Assembly (NCBI RefSeq): GCF_001465295.1
Contig: NZ_CP011034.1
Span: 1,080,001 to 1,112,000 of the forward strand
Reading direction: 5' to 3'
From: Pseudoalteromonas translucida KMM 520
GTDB lineage: Bacteria > Pseudomonadota > Gammaproteobacteria > Enterobacterales > Alteromonadaceae
DNA length: 32,000 nt
Positions within the stretch are counted from its first letter, which is position 1, and each line of letters opens with the position of its first letter. Below are positions 18,498 through 31,145 of this stretch, in pieces. The translations under genes and the position numbers were made by a program. Below the pieces are notes generated by a model that did no database searches, was not told the origin of the DNA, and was given only the letters and a program-made list of their open reading frames with translations.

Positions 18498-19271
18498 TTA
18501 CTGAGTGTAAAGCAAGAACGCGTTTTTAAATTGGTTTTGTTTTAATTGTGTTAATACTTGCTGTGCATGCTGGGCGTCTTTAATTGGCCCTAAATGCAAC
18601 CTGAAAATATCGTCTTTTTGCACGATATTAGTGGGTAATTTATAATCGAGGCGTAAACGACTAGCCAGTGCTTCAATATTTGCTAGTGTACTACCTGCTG
18701 CTACCTGAATATAGGTTAAATGCGCAGTCGAATTGTCAAGCGTAACTGCTTCAAGCTTAACCTTGGCTGTACCATGGGTGTAATAACCTAGTTTGTAAGC
18801 GGCTGCGTAGGATAAATCAATCACTCTATCTTCATGAAATGGGCCACGGTCATTTACGCGCACAATGACAGATTTATTATTACTGGTATTTGTTACTTTT
18901 ACAAAGCTAGGCAAGGGCAGAGTTTTGTGAGCAGCGGTCATGGCAAACATATCGTATATTTCGCCATTTGAAGTGTGATAACCATGAAATTTACGGCCGT
19001 ACCACGATGCAATGCCTTCCTCGGTATAGCCTGTTTCGTCAAGCATAGGCGTATAACTTTTACCTAATACGGTATAAGGGCGGCTTGCACTGGCGCTTTT
19101 AGTAACTTTAACTACTACAGCGTCTTGCATTTCTAATGTGGTAGGCGCACGTAATGGTGCAGCATCATGGCGCATGCTGTAGCGGCTGCTTGGGGTGTTA
19201 TTTGAACTACTACAAGCACTTAAAAGTATTAGGATAAAGCTGATAGTAAAAAATCGAGTATAAAATTGCAT
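18498..19271 (-). CDS. rlpA: Septal ring lytic transglycosylase RlpA (DPBB + SPOR domains), lipoprotein
   Basis: Lipobox LLSACS. DPBB core GIASWYGRKFHGYHTSNGEIYD...VRVNDRGPF. C-terminal SPOR-like domain. TAATG overlap with mrdB. Confidence 0.9.
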   Translation of the reverse strand: MQFYTRFFTISFILILLSACSSSNNTPSSRYSMRHDAAPLRAPTTLEMQDAVVVKVTKSASASRPYTVLGKSYTPMLDETGYTEEGIASWYGRKFHGYHTSNGEIYDMFAMTAAHKTLPLPSFVKVTNTSNNKSVIVRVNDRGPFHEDRVIDLSYAAAYKLGYYTHGTAKVKLEAVTLDNSTAHLTYIQVAAGSTLANIEALASRLRLDYKLPTNIVQKDDIFRLHLGPIKDAQHAQQVLTQLKQNQFKNAFLLYTQ

Positions 19272-20377
19272 TATTTTAAAAGCATCCTTTTATCAGTTGC
19301 AATAGACATAATAATGCCAAAACTGGCCATCAGCGTCACCATAGACGTACCACCATAACTTATTAGCGGAAGCGGTACACCTACAACGGGTAATAAACCC
19401 GATACCATGCCTATATTTACAAACACATAAACAAAAAATGTCAGTGTAAGTGAACCGGCTAATAATTTGCCAAAAGCATCTTGTGCATTCACAGCAATAA
19501 ATAAACCGCGGCCAATTATAAATAAATAGAGGCTGAGTAAAACACTTATTCCAAATAAGCCAAATTCTTCACTTAATACCGAAAATATAAAGTCAGTATG
19601 GCGCTCTGGTAAAAATTCAAGTTGCGACTGCGTGCCCTGTAACCAACCTTTGCCTTCAATGCCACCAGAGCCAATCGCAATTTTAGATTGAATAATATGA
19701 TAGCCTGAGCCAAGCGGGTCGCTTTCAGGGTCTAAAAAAGTAAGTACTCGTTGCTTTTGATAATCGTGCATACCATAGTGCCAAAAAGGCCACGCAGCGA
19801 GTGCGACTATTGAACTTAAAAAACCAATTAAACGCCAGCTCAAACCCGATAAAAACAATACAAAAACACCTGAGCTGGCAATTAATATAGAAGTGCCTAG
19901 GTCGGGCTGCTCTTTAATTAATAGCGTAGGTAGCATCATAATTACAAAACCAATAATTAAATGCAGTGGGCGAGGGGGTAAGTGATTACGTCCTATATAC
20001 CAAGCAACCATCATAGGAACTGCGAGCTTCATTAATTCAGATGGCTGAAAGCGAGTAATACCTAAATCTAACCAGCGCTGAGCGCCTTTAGAGCTTACCC
20101 CAAATAATAACACTCCAACTAGCATTAATAACCCTAAGCAATAAAGCGGTATAACTAAGCGCTTTAAAGTAGCAGGAGATAGCTGCGCTAACACGAACAT
20201 AGCTACAATTGCACCGCCCATACGCGTAATGTGGCGGATCATCATGGCGTTATCTTGGCCACTGGCGCTATACACAATAGTGATACTACCGACCATCATT
20301 ATTAGCAGCGCAATAAATAAGGGTAAGTCTATATGTAGGCGCATCCAAATTGAGCGTTTATCGTGCAAAGCGGTCAT
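19271..20377 (-). CDS. mrdB: Peptidoglycan glycosyltransferase RodA (SEDS family)
   Basis: 368-aa polytopic SEDS protein containing PERHTDFIFSV and LPLISYGGTS. ATGA overlap with mrdA. Confidence 0.93.
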   Translation of the reverse strand: MTALHDKRSIWMRLHIDLPLFIALLIMMVGSITIVYSASGQDNAMMIRHITRMGGAIVAMFVLAQLSPATLKRLVIPLYCLGLLMLVGVLLFGVSSKGAQRWLDLGITRFQPSELMKLAVPMMVAWYIGRNHLPPRPLHLIIGFVIMMLPTLLIKEQPDLGTSILIASSGVFVLFLSGLSWRLIGFLSSIVALAAWPFWHYGMHDYQKQRVLTFLDPESDPLGSGYHIIQSKIAIGSGGIEGKGWLQGTQSQLEFLPERHTDFIFSVLSEEFGLFGISVLLSLYLFIIGRGLFIAVNAQDAFGKLLAGSLTLTFFVYVFVNIGMVSGLLPVVGVPLPLISYGGTSMVTLMASFGIIMSIATDKRMLLK

Positions 20378-22242
20378 GGGGTGTTATTCCTTGCAAGATT
20401 AACGGGGTTGGCTGCAAAGTAGTAATCCATAAGTTGCCGAGCAATTTGCACGCCACCATGGTTATTTTCTAATATTACAGAAACAACAATTTTGGGATCG
20501 TTATACGGTGCAAAACCAATATAAATAGTGTTATCGCGTTGTCGCTCTTTTAACGCATCAGCATCGTAGCGTTCACCTTGAGCAATACTTACTATTTGTG
20601 CTGTGCCCGTTTTACCAGCAGAGTCATAGTTAGTCCCTTTAAATGCTTTATGTGCAGTACCCGATACTTTTTTTACTGTGTTGTGCATTGCATCTAAAGC
20701 AATTTGCCAATGGTGAGGGTTTTTTAATATTACAGGGGGCTTTTCTTCATTATTGATTTGTATAATGTCGTTATCTTTTTTAACCACTTGCACTAAATGC
20801 GGCGGATGGTTAATACCACGGTTTACTAAAATGTTTGTCGCATTTGCAATCTGAATCGGAGTGGCGGTCCAATAGCCTTGCCCTATGCCTACAGAAATAG
20901 TATCACCGCGCCACCATGATTCTTTAAAGCGATTTTCTTTCCACTCTTTAGAGGGCAGTATTGCCGTCGTTTCTTCATGAATATCAATACCCGAGAGTTC
21001 ACCAAAGCCAAAACGCGACATAAAGTTACTTATTTTAGTAATACCTAAGCGATAAGCTGCATCGTAAAAGTAGGTATCGCACGACTCTTCAATTGCTTTG
21101 TATACATCAACATGACCATGCCCCCAGCGTTTCCAGTCGCGCCATTTATGCTCTACATTTGGAATTTGAAAAAAACCAGGGTCCCACATAGAAGTACTTT
21201 CGCTGACTATATTCTCTTCTAAGGCTAAAATAGCCATGTGTGGTTTTACAGTAGAGGCAGGTGCATAACGACCTTGAGTTGCACGATTAATTAACGGGCG
21301 ATCTGGGTTTAATAAGGCTTTATAGTTTTTGCTGCTTATGCCGTGCACAAATAAATTAGGGTCGTAACTAGGGTTTGAATATAGCGCAAGTACACCGCCA
21401 TCTTTAGCATCCATAACGACAATAGCACCACGCATATCTTTAAGCGCATGTTGGGCAATTTGCTGTAAACCAATATCGAGAGTGAGTACTAAATCACTCC
21501 CCGGTTGTGGAGGGAGCATGCTTAACGTACGAATTACTCTACCGCGATTATTAACTTCAACATGCTGCGAGCCTACTTGGCCATGCAAGAGTTCTTCGTA
21601 ATATTTTTCGATGCCGAGTTTGCCAATGTCGTGAGTGGCGCGATAATTTGTAGCTTGATCTTCTTGAGTTAATTTATTTAACTCTTTTCTGTTTAATTTA
21701 GCCACATAGCCCAGTGCATGGGTAAGGGTATCGCCAAACGGATAATAACGAGCAAGGCGAGCTTCAATGCTAAAGCCCGGAAATTTATGCTGATTTACTG
21801 AAAATTTAGCAACTTCTGTTTCATCTAAACGTGCTTTTAGTACTTGGCTTTTAAAACGCCGCGTATGTTTTATATCGTCTAAAAAGTCGGTTTTTTCTTG
21901 CTCGCTTATGGTTATTATTTTACTTACTTGTTCAAGCGATAGCGGCAGGTCTGCAACATCTTCAGGAATAACCTCAAGATTATAAACGGGTTTGTTTTCG
22001 GCGAGTAGTACGCCATTGCGGTCGTAAATTAAACCTCGGTTAGGCGCAATAGGAATAACTTTAATACGGTTGTCGTTGGAGCGAGTTTGGTAGTTTTGAT
22101 GATCATCTACCTGAATTTTATATAAATTAGAGAGTAAAATAGCAATTAGAGCTAATATAAAAATAAAACCCACAAACGCACGCCGTGCAAATAAGTTTGC
22201 CTCTGCTGAATGGTCGCGAATAGTGGGTCTTTGTTTTAACAT
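20374..22242 (-). CDS. mrdA: Penicillin-binding protein 2 (elongasome transpeptidase)
   Basis: 622 aa with an N-terminal TM anchor. It has the STVK (SxxK), SCD and KTGT motifs. Confidence 0.93.
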   Translation of the reverse strand: MLKQRPTIRDHSAEANLFARRAFVGFIFILALIAILLSNLYKIQVDDHQNYQTRSNDNRIKVIPIAPNRGLIYDRNGVLLAENKPVYNLEVIPEDVADLPLSLEQVSKIITISEQEKTDFLDDIKHTRRFKSQVLKARLDETEVAKFSVNQHKFPGFSIEARLARYYPFGDTLTHALGYVAKLNRKELNKLTQEDQATNYRATHDIGKLGIEKYYEELLHGQVGSQHVEVNNRGRVIRTLSMLPPQPGSDLVLTLDIGLQQIAQHALKDMRGAIVVMDAKDGGVLALYSNPSYDPNLFVHGISSKNYKALLNPDRPLINRATQGRYAPASTVKPHMAILALEENIVSESTSMWDPGFFQIPNVEHKWRDWKRWGHGHVDVYKAIEESCDTYFYDAAYRLGITKISNFMSRFGFGELSGIDIHEETTAILPSKEWKENRFKESWWRGDTISVGIGQGYWTATPIQIANATNILVNRGINHPPHLVQVVKKDNDIIQINNEEKPPVILKNPHHWQIALDAMHNTVKKVSGTAHKAFKGTNYDSAGKTGTAQIVSIAQGERYDADALKERQRDNTIYIGFAPYNDPKIVVSVILENNHGGVQIARQLMDYYFAANPVNLARNNTP

Positions 22243-22250
22243 GGCAAGGA

Positions 22251-22721
22251 TTACTCGCGATGATAAGGATGGTTGTTATTTAAGCTCCAGCCTCTGTATA
22301 GGCTTTCAGCAACAATAATGCGCACCAAAGGGTGCGGTAAAGTTAAGTTAGATAACGACCATTTTTGCTCAGAGGCAGCAATACACTCTGGTGCAAGCCC
22401 TTCAGGACCGCCAATAAGTAAACTTACATCGCGGCCATCGAGTTGCCATTTTTCCATGTTTTTAGCAAGTTCGTGTGTATCAAGTGGTTTACCTGTTACT
22501 TCTAGAGTAACAATACGGTTGCCTTTAGGAATAGCTGCTAAGGTTTTTTCACCTTCAATATGTAAAATGCGTTTTATATCTGCATTTTTACCACGTTTTC
22601 CGGCTGGAATTTCAATCAGTTCAAGCGCCATATCTTTAGCAAAACGACGTTGATACTCTGTAAATCCGGTTTCTACCCAAGCTGGCATTTTTGTACCAAC
22701 GGCAATCATTTGTATTTTCAC
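22251..22721 (-). CDS. rlmH: 23S rRNA (pseudouridine1915-N3)-methyltransferase
   Basis: 156-aa SPOUT-family protein (LLIGGPEGL...HPLVR...EQLYRAW-like tail). Conserved position next to rsfS. Confidence 0.92.
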   Translation of the reverse strand: MKIQMIAVGTKMPAWVETGFTEYQRRFAKDMALELIEIPAGKRGKNADIKRILHIEGEKTLAAIPKGNRIVTLEVTGKPLDTHELAKNMEKWQLDGRDVSLLIGGPEGLAPECIAASEQKWSLSNLTLPHPLVRIIVAESLYRGWSLNNNHPYHRE

Positions 22722-22763
22722 GTGTTACTTCCAAGCCTGTCTAAAATAAGTGGGTGCTTATTA

Positions 22764-23081
22764 CTAGCCCCACAGTTTTTCTAGATCGTAATAGCTACGT
22801 GCTTCGTTTTGCATCACGTGTACAACCACATCACCTAAATCAACCAATGCCCATTCACCGTCGCTTTGGCCTTCATAACCTAAAGGTTCTTCACCTGCGT
22901 GGCGAGCCTCTTTTGCTAAATTATCAGCAATTGACAGAACATGACGTTTAGATGTGCCAGAGCATACAACCATGTAGTCTGTAATGTCTGATGTTGCTGT
23001 TACGTCAATATGAATCACATCGCGTGCTTTCATATCTTCAATTTTATCTATTGCAAAAGCGAGTAGTTGTTTCGAATCCAA
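22764..23081 (-). CDS. rsfS: Ribosome silencing factor
   Basis: 105 aa with DYMVVCSGTSKRHV and WALVDLGDVVVHVM motifs. Confidence 0.92.
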   Translation of the reverse strand: MDSKQLLAFAIDKIEDMKARDVIHIDVTATSDITDYMVVCSGTSKRHVLSIADNLAKEARHAGEEPLGYEGQSDGEWALVDLGDVVVHVMQNEARSYYDLEKLWG

Positions 23082-23173
23082 GGTTTTGTCTCAATTTTAA
23101 ATTTAATAGCGTGCATTTTAACATGCTAGGGGTTTTATACCAATGACTCTTGCAGAGTATTCACTTGTCAAGG

Positions 23174-23818
23174 TTAATTAGTATTATCATCATTTTGGTA
23201 AAGCGCATGGCGTTCTATATACAGACTCACCGCATCGGGTAATAGTTCATTCTTTTTATTAGTATTTTTAAGTTGTTGGCGAATATTACTTGATGCCGCA
23301 TCGAGCATTTCACCGGGTAAAAAATAAAGTTTACCGGCAACCGAATGTGAAAGGTTTTTTGCATTATTAACTTGCGCTTGTTGCATATAATGCTGTAGCT
23401 CGCCACTAACAGCACATTGCTGCCCAGGGCGTTGATACACCACAATATGACAAAGCTGTGTGATTGCTTGCCACTGATACCATTTGTCGAGGTTGTTAAA
23501 CGAGTCCATGCCAATTAAAAACACAATTGGCGTGTTTGGATGCTGTGCTCTTAATTCTTGTAAACTCAATAAAGAATAAGAGGGCCCAGTGCGGTGCAAC
23601 TCTCTTAAATCGAGTTGAAAAAAAGGGTAAGGCGCAATTGCAGCATTGAGCATAGCTACTCGGTGCTGGGTGCTAATGCCAGGAGCTATTTTATGAGCGG
23701 GCAGTGCGCAAGGCATAAAATACAACGTACTTAAGTTAAGAGTATTTACGCATTGCTTTGCCATATTAATGTGCCCCAAATGAACGGGGTCGAAAGTGCC
23801 ACCAAAAATTGCGATCAT
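23174..23818 (-). CDS. nadD: Nicotinate-nucleotide adenylyltransferase
   Basis: Begins GGTFDPVHLGHI (HxGH nucleotidyltransferase motif). 214 aa with conserved synteny. Confidence 0.92.
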   Translation of the reverse strand: MIAIFGGTFDPVHLGHINMAKQCVNTLNLSTLYFMPCALPAHKIAPGISTQHRVAMLNAAIAPYPFFQLDLRELHRTGPSYSLLSLQELRAQHPNTPIVFLIGMDSFNNLDKWYQWQAITQLCHIVVYQRPGQQCAVSGELQHYMQQAQVNNAKNLSHSVAGKLYFLPGEMLDAASSNIRQQLKNTNKKNELLPDAVSLYIERHALYQNDDNTN

Positions 23819-23833
23819 GTTAAATTCTGCATT

Positions 23834-24871
23834 TTAATTAACAGGATGACATGGCAGCGAAATATTCAGCGGTTGGCAAAACTTAATACAAATATGCGCG
23901 AGTGCTTGATAGGGCGCAATTAAGTTACCTTGTTTGTAGCTGGCGTCGAATATTGCAAGCTCAGAGCTAATTTGCTCAAGGGTGTGAATATTTAACCTGT
24001 TTATAGCGCTTTGTACTGGTGCTTGCTGGTTTTTCCATATTGCTTTTTGCTTAAATAAATTAGCAATAGGCTCGCCATTAAGTAAACCAATTTGCACATC
24101 AATTAAGGTGTTAAGCTCTTTGGTTATAGCCCATAAAATACTCACCACTTCGGTATTATCGCTGGCCAGTTTATTCAGCACTTTTATTGCTTGTTTAGCT
24201 TGGCCGTTTAACAGTGCGTCGCTTAAATCAAAAATATCAAACTTGGCTTGATTTAACAGCCCTTGCATTACTAATTGTTGTGTAATGAGCGTATTGGCGT
24301 GTAGTAATGAGAGTTTTTCAAGCTCTTGAAAGCACGCTAGTAAATTACCTTCAGTGGCGCTAATTAAACTCAGCTTTGCCTCATTTTGCATATTAAGTGA
24401 TAAGCGCTGGCATTGCTCATCTAACCAGCGCTTTACATGCGTACCGGTAAGCGGGTAGCAAGGTACAAATAAACCGTGTTTATCAAGCGCTTTAAACCAA
24501 GCACTGCGTTGTACGTCTTGGCTGGCTTTAGCGCCTTTAATAATTAAAATGGTATCGGGGTTTATTAGCTCAATAATTTTTTTAAATGTATTGCTGCCAA
24601 TAATTCCTGGCTTTTGCTGGTTTAAATCAAGCTCAATAATAGTGCGGGCGCTAAACAGCGACATACTTTGATATTGAGCTATAATTTCTTGCCAATCAAA
24701 ACCTTGCATTAAAGTAAATTTAATTACTTCATCAAAGCCTTGCTCTTTAGCAATTGCGCGAATTTGTTGTACACATTGCGCTTCTTGAAAAGGCTCTTCA
24801 CCAAACACTAAGTAAAAGGGTTTTAAGCCTTTTTTTAGTTCACTCGGTAATTGATTAGCGTAACAGCGCAT
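23834..24871 (-). CDS. holA: DNA polymerase III delta subunit
   Basis: 345 aa beginning L..KGLKPFYLVFGEEPF. Position between lptE and nadD. Confidence 0.88.
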   Translation of the reverse strand: MRCYANQLPSELKKGLKPFYLVFGEEPFQEAQCVQQIRAIAKEQGFDEVIKFTLMQGFDWQEIIAQYQSMSLFSARTIIELDLNQQKPGIIGSNTFKKIIELINPDTILIIKGAKASQDVQRSAWFKALDKHGLFVPCYPLTGTHVKRWLDEQCQRLSLNMQNEAKLSLISATEGNLLACFQELEKLSLLHANTLITQQLVMQGLLNQAKFDIFDLSDALLNGQAKQAIKVLNKLASDNTEVVSILWAITKELNTLIDVQIGLLNGEPIANLFKQKAIWKNQQAPVQSAINRLNIHTLEQISSELAIFDASYKQGNLIAPYQALAHICIKFCQPLNISLPCHPVN

Positions 24872-25362
24872 TATAGTTGCGACAACTCTCTAAGAATACG
24901 ACGACTAGCTTGTTGGCGTATTTCGCTAATTAGGAGTGCAAGCTCTTTTGCTTTGGCTAATGCATTGTCAGGATCGTCTTGATAATTACGATACAACTCA
25001 AAGCGCTTTTCTATAGGCTCAGCATTAGGACGATTGATCACAAACGCAACACTGTAAGTAAGTTCGTATTCTGCTACTTGGCCATTTTGAAACAACGACA
25101 AGGTTTGACGCTCAAGCTGATCTCTAAATAAATAAAGCTGTGCCGACTTTTTACTAGCCGCAACTAGTTTAACGTCACTGGCAATAAGCTCACTTTTTAA
25201 GGCGCTAAATAACGCTGACTTTTCATCGTCGCCAATGAGGGTTATTTGTTTTAGATCGTCTGGCAAGCTAGAGGCTTTTTTTAAATGAAAGCCACAGCTA
25301 GTTAATAAAAAACAGACTAGCACTAAGGCTAGTCCGTTTTTAATGGCGTTAAAAGCGGCCAT
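24871..25362 (-). CDS. lptE: LPS-assembly lipoprotein LptE
   Basis: Lipobox LLTSCGFHLK. 163 aa, immediately downstream of leuS. Confidence 0.88.
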   Translation of the reverse strand: MAAFNAIKNGLALVLVCFLLTSCGFHLKKASSLPDDLKQITLIGDDEKSALFSALKSELIASDVKLVAASKKSAQLYLFRDQLERQTLSLFQNGQVAEYELTYSVAFVINRPNAEPIEKRFELYRNYQDDPDNALAKAKELALLISEIRQQASRRILRELSQL

Positions 25363-25363
25363 A

Positions 25364-27952
<2,589 letters not shown>

Positions 27953-28184
27953 CTACGGTTCCAGACTTCTTACGACTAATAAAAAATTAGCTCTAGGATA
28001 ACCCAAATAAACCGCTATTTATAGCGCCATAAACACGCTTTTATTAAATTATAACTTTCAGTGCAGGTTAACCTATACTTTTATAAGCTAGTTACTGAAA
28101 AGCATAGGTTAAAGGTTGATTTAACAGGCCTAATAGGTTCAACCTACAAATCTAAATATGCCCTAAATTTGCAGGAGTAAGAAA

Positions 28185-28643
28185 ATGGCTGACTACAAAA
28201 CATGGCTAAACGATTTAACGCTTTGGTTAAAAGATGTAAAAGATCATGAATTAAAAGAGGCGGTAAAACGATTTGTTGAATCTGAGCAGGCACTTAAAAA
28301 TTTAGGAGAAGAAAAGTATCAACTTTATCGTAATTACTTAATGCGCGATTTAGAACACTTGCAAGAGCACGAAACTCACTATAATTCGCTTGCATGGCAA
28401 GAGCTTAAAGAATCATTATGGTATGAGCTTTCGCACATAGAAGACAAAACACAGCTAGAGTGGCACTCACTTAGCCAAGATTTTAAGCACAATGGCATAT
28501 ATCACGTAGGCGAATGGATAGCCATGGGCACATTAGTATGTAAGAATTGTAACCATAGTTACGATGTTTATCATGCTACGCAAATAACACCTTGTTTAGA
28601 GTGTGATGGAATCTATTTTAGCCGTAAGGCTTTGCAACCCTAA
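28185..28643 (+). CDS. ybeL: Zinc-ribbon protein YbeL (DUF1451)
   Basis: 152 aa with a C-terminal CKNC...CLEC zinc ribbon. It is divergent from leuS, as ybeL is in E. coli. RBS GCAGGAG. Confidence 0.75.
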   Translation: MADYKTWLNDLTLWLKDVKDHELKEAVKRFVESEQALKNLGEEKYQLYRNYLMRDLEHLQEHETHYNSLAWQELKESLWYELSHIEDKTQLEWHSLSQDFKHNGIYHVGEWIAMGTLVCKNCNHSYDVYHATQITPCLECDGIYFSRKALQP

Positions 28644-28649
28644 ATGTAA

Positions 28650-28678
28650 GTATTAAGTGGCTGCAGGCCACTTAATAC
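28650..28678 (+). other. Perfect 12-bp stem / 5-nt loop hairpin in the ybeL-lon spacer
   Basis: gtattaagtggc (28650-28661), loop tgcag, then gccacttaatac (28667-28678). No T-run follows, so it is not a canonical terminator. Confidence 0.8.
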
Positions 28679-28719
28679 GCCAAAAGCCAGTGAATACGCT
28701 GGTAAACAAAGAAGTTAGA

Positions 28720-31143
28720 ATGACGAAAAAATTACTGCCACTACCTGTATCAAAGCTTGCGCCGAGCATTTCTACTAGCCACGTGCATACTTGCATGAGC
28801 AACCCATACCCAGAGCATTTTACTTTTATAGGCCAACAACGGGCGCAAAGTGCATTAGACTTTTCACTCGGTATGGATTTACCTGGCTATAACGTATACG
28901 TAATGGGCGAAGCTGCACATGGGCGTTTTACCCTAGTAAAAGACAAACTAAAAGAGCATGCCAAAGGCAGAGTAACGCCTAATGAGTGGTTGTATGTAAA
29001 TAATTACGACGACCACCGCGAGCCTATCGCACTGTTTATGCAAGCTGGGCAAAGTAAAAAGCTTGCCGATGACATTGATGCTTTTATTGACGAAGTGCTC
29101 GACACCTTTCCTGCCGCCTTTGACAACCCTGCGTACCAGCGCAAAAAGAAATCCATAGATCGTGAATTTAACGACGCCTATGACGGTGCTATTACCGCGG
29201 TAGAGATTGCGGCGCTTGAACAAAGTGTGGCGCTTATTGAAGAAAAAGGCGTAGTAGGTTTTGCCCCATTAATAGATGGCAAGCAGCTAAGCGATAATGA
29301 ATTTTCGCACCTTGAAGATGAACTACGTGAAACCTTTTTTGAAAGAATTGAAAAACTTGAAGACACATTAATAGAAGCACTTATTGAACTGCCGCGCTGG
29401 AAACGTGAATCTACCGAAAAGCTACGTAACCTTAAAAAGTCAACTGCCGAGCAAGCAACTAAACCTTTGTTAAAAGACTTAGAGCATAAATATGCCAGTC
29501 ATATTGGTGTGCTGCGTTATTTAAAAGACATTCGCGTAGAAATTATTGATGCTGTGCTTGAGTGGTTAGACGATGAAGGCGAAAGCGAAGAAAACAAAGA
29601 AGACTTTGATCGCAAAGGCATGCTTACTGACTTTTTTGCGCCCAATATTTTAGTTGAGTTTAAAGAAGGCGACGCCGCTCCTGTGGTTTACGAACCTAAC
29701 CCAACGTTTGGTAACATATTTGGCAAGGTTGAGTACGCTACGTCACAAGGCTCGCTTATAACTAGCTATCGCTCAATTCAGGCCGGCGCATTGCATCGCG
29801 CTAACGGTGGCTATTTAATGATGGACGCCGAAAAAGTAATGGCTAATCCACAAGTGTGGGATGGTTTAAAACTGTCGCTTAAAACCCATCAAATTAAAAA
29901 TGACTTACCGTATCAAGATAGCGTAGTAGGCAGCAGTTTTACCTTGCGCCCGCAGTTAATTCCGCTAGATGTAAAAATAATATTATTAGGCTCGCGCGAG
30001 CTGTACTACACCATAGGTGAGTACGACGAAGAATTTGCTGAGCTGTTTAGAATATTAGCCGACTTTGACTACTACTTACCAAGTAGCGATAAATTACAGT
30101 ACCAATTTATTACCAAAGTAACTGACTATTGCGAGCACGTTTTAAAATGCACCACTACCGAAGCAGCAATGGTGCGCTTGCTCAAATTTAGTTACCGCCA
30201 AGCAGAGCATCATAATAAACTCTCTGCCCGTTTTGCCGATGTGTTAGAGCTAGTAGCCGAAGCAAGCTATTATGCCAAGCAAGATAAGCTAACGGTTATA
30301 GACGCTCATCATATTGACGAAGCCATTGAAGGTAAACAGTATCGTACTGGGCAAATTAGCGAAAACATGCTCAGCGATATTAAAGAAGGGCACACCCTTA
30401 TTGCCACGCAAGGCCAAGCCATAGGCAAAGTAAATGGTTTAACTGTACTGCATATTGGCGATACCTCATTTGGTACACCTGCGCGTATTACGGCAACGGT
30501 TTATGCCGGTGCCGATGGCGTTTTAGATGTAGAGCGCGAAGCCGAGCTAGGTAAAGCAATTCACTCTAAAGGGGTAATGCTACTTACCGGCTATTTAGGC
30601 AATAAATACGCGCAACATTTTAGCTTAACGCTCAGTGCAAATATTGCAATTGAACAAAGCTATGGCTACATAGATGGCGATAGCGCGTCACTTGCCGAGT
30701 TATGTGCATTAATTTCGGCTATTACTAGTTTACCACTGAGTCAATCAATTGCGCTTACTGGCTCAATTAACCAACATGGCGATGTACAAGCTATTGGTGG
30801 CGTAAATGAAAAAATAGAAGGCTTTTTTAAACTGTGTAAAATGCGCGGTTTAACTGGCGAAGAGGGCGTGATCATTCCTAAATCTAACCAAGTTAACTTA
30901 GTGTTAGATGAGGAAATACTTAATGCAGTTGAACTTGGTAAATTTAATATTTACGCAGTAGAGACTGTAGATCAGGCACTTAACTTACTGATGGATTTAG
31001 AAGCTGGCGATTTAGTCAACGGGCACTACCCTGAAAACTCAGTAAACGGCCTAGCCTTAGCACGACTTAAAGATATTGCAGACATTGTAAACGGCGATAG
31101 CGAAGATGAAAAAGACGCAGAACCAGAAGAGGAAAAAAATTAA
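28720..31143 (+). CDS. Lon-like (LonC-type, AAA_32 + S16 Lon_C) protease with degenerate ATPase motifs
   Basis: The C-terminal Lon protease domain has a Ser-Lys dyad, GDSAS (Ser at 30682-30684) and GGVNEK (Lys at 30811-30813). The N-terminal AAA-like domain is split by a long charged insertion. I prefer the ATG at 28720 (MTKKLLPLP) because the caller's GTG at 28657 lies inside the hairpin stem. Confidence 0.85.
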   Translation: MTKKLLPLPVSKLAPSISTSHVHTCMSNPYPEHFTFIGQQRAQSALDFSLGMDLPGYNVYVMGEAAHGRFTLVKDKLKEHAKGRVTPNEWLYVNNYDDHREPIALFMQAGQSKKLADDIDAFIDEVLDTFPAAFDNPAYQRKKKSIDREFNDAYDGAITAVEIAALEQSVALIEEKGVVGFAPLIDGKQLSDNEFSHLEDELRETFFERIEKLEDTLIEALIELPRWKRESTEKLRNLKKSTAEQATKPLLKDLEHKYASHIGVLRYLKDIRVEIIDAVLEWLDDEGESEENKEDFDRKGMLTDFFAPNILVEFKEGDAAPVVYEPNPTFGNIFGKVEYATSQGSLITSYRSIQAGALHRANGGYLMMDAEKVMANPQVWDGLKLSLKTHQIKNDLPYQDSVVGSSFTLRPQLIPLDVKIILLGSRELYYTIGEYDEEFAELFRILADFDYYLPSSDKLQYQFITKVTDYCEHVLKCTTTEAAMVRLLKFSYRQAEHHNKLSARFADVLELVAEASYYAKQDKLTVIDAHHIDEAIEGKQYRTGQISENMLSDIKEGHTLIATQGQAIGKVNGLTVLHIGDTSFGTPARITATVYAGADGVLDVEREAELGKAIHSKGVMLLTGYLGNKYAQHFSLTLSANIAIEQSYGYIDGDSASLAELCALISAITSLPLSQSIALTGSINQHGDVQAIGGVNEKIEGFFKLCKMRGLTGEEGVIIPKSNQVNLVLDEEILNAVELGKFNIYAVETVDQALNLLMDLEAGDLVNGHYPENSVNGLALARLKDIADIVNGDSEDEKDAEPEEEKN

Positions 31144-31145
31144 CT

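Noticed and set aside
22273-23514. ORFs 22273-22653 (+), 22754-22951 (+) and 23227-23514 (-, out of frame within nadD)
   Set aside because: They are embedded in rlmH, rsfS and nadD respectively and lack independent translation signals or domains.
28657-28719. GTG start at 28657 extending the Lon-like protease by 21 codons
   Set aside because: The GTG sits inside the 12-bp stem of the 28650-28678 hairpin and has no SD. The ATG at 28720 begins a plausible N-terminus.
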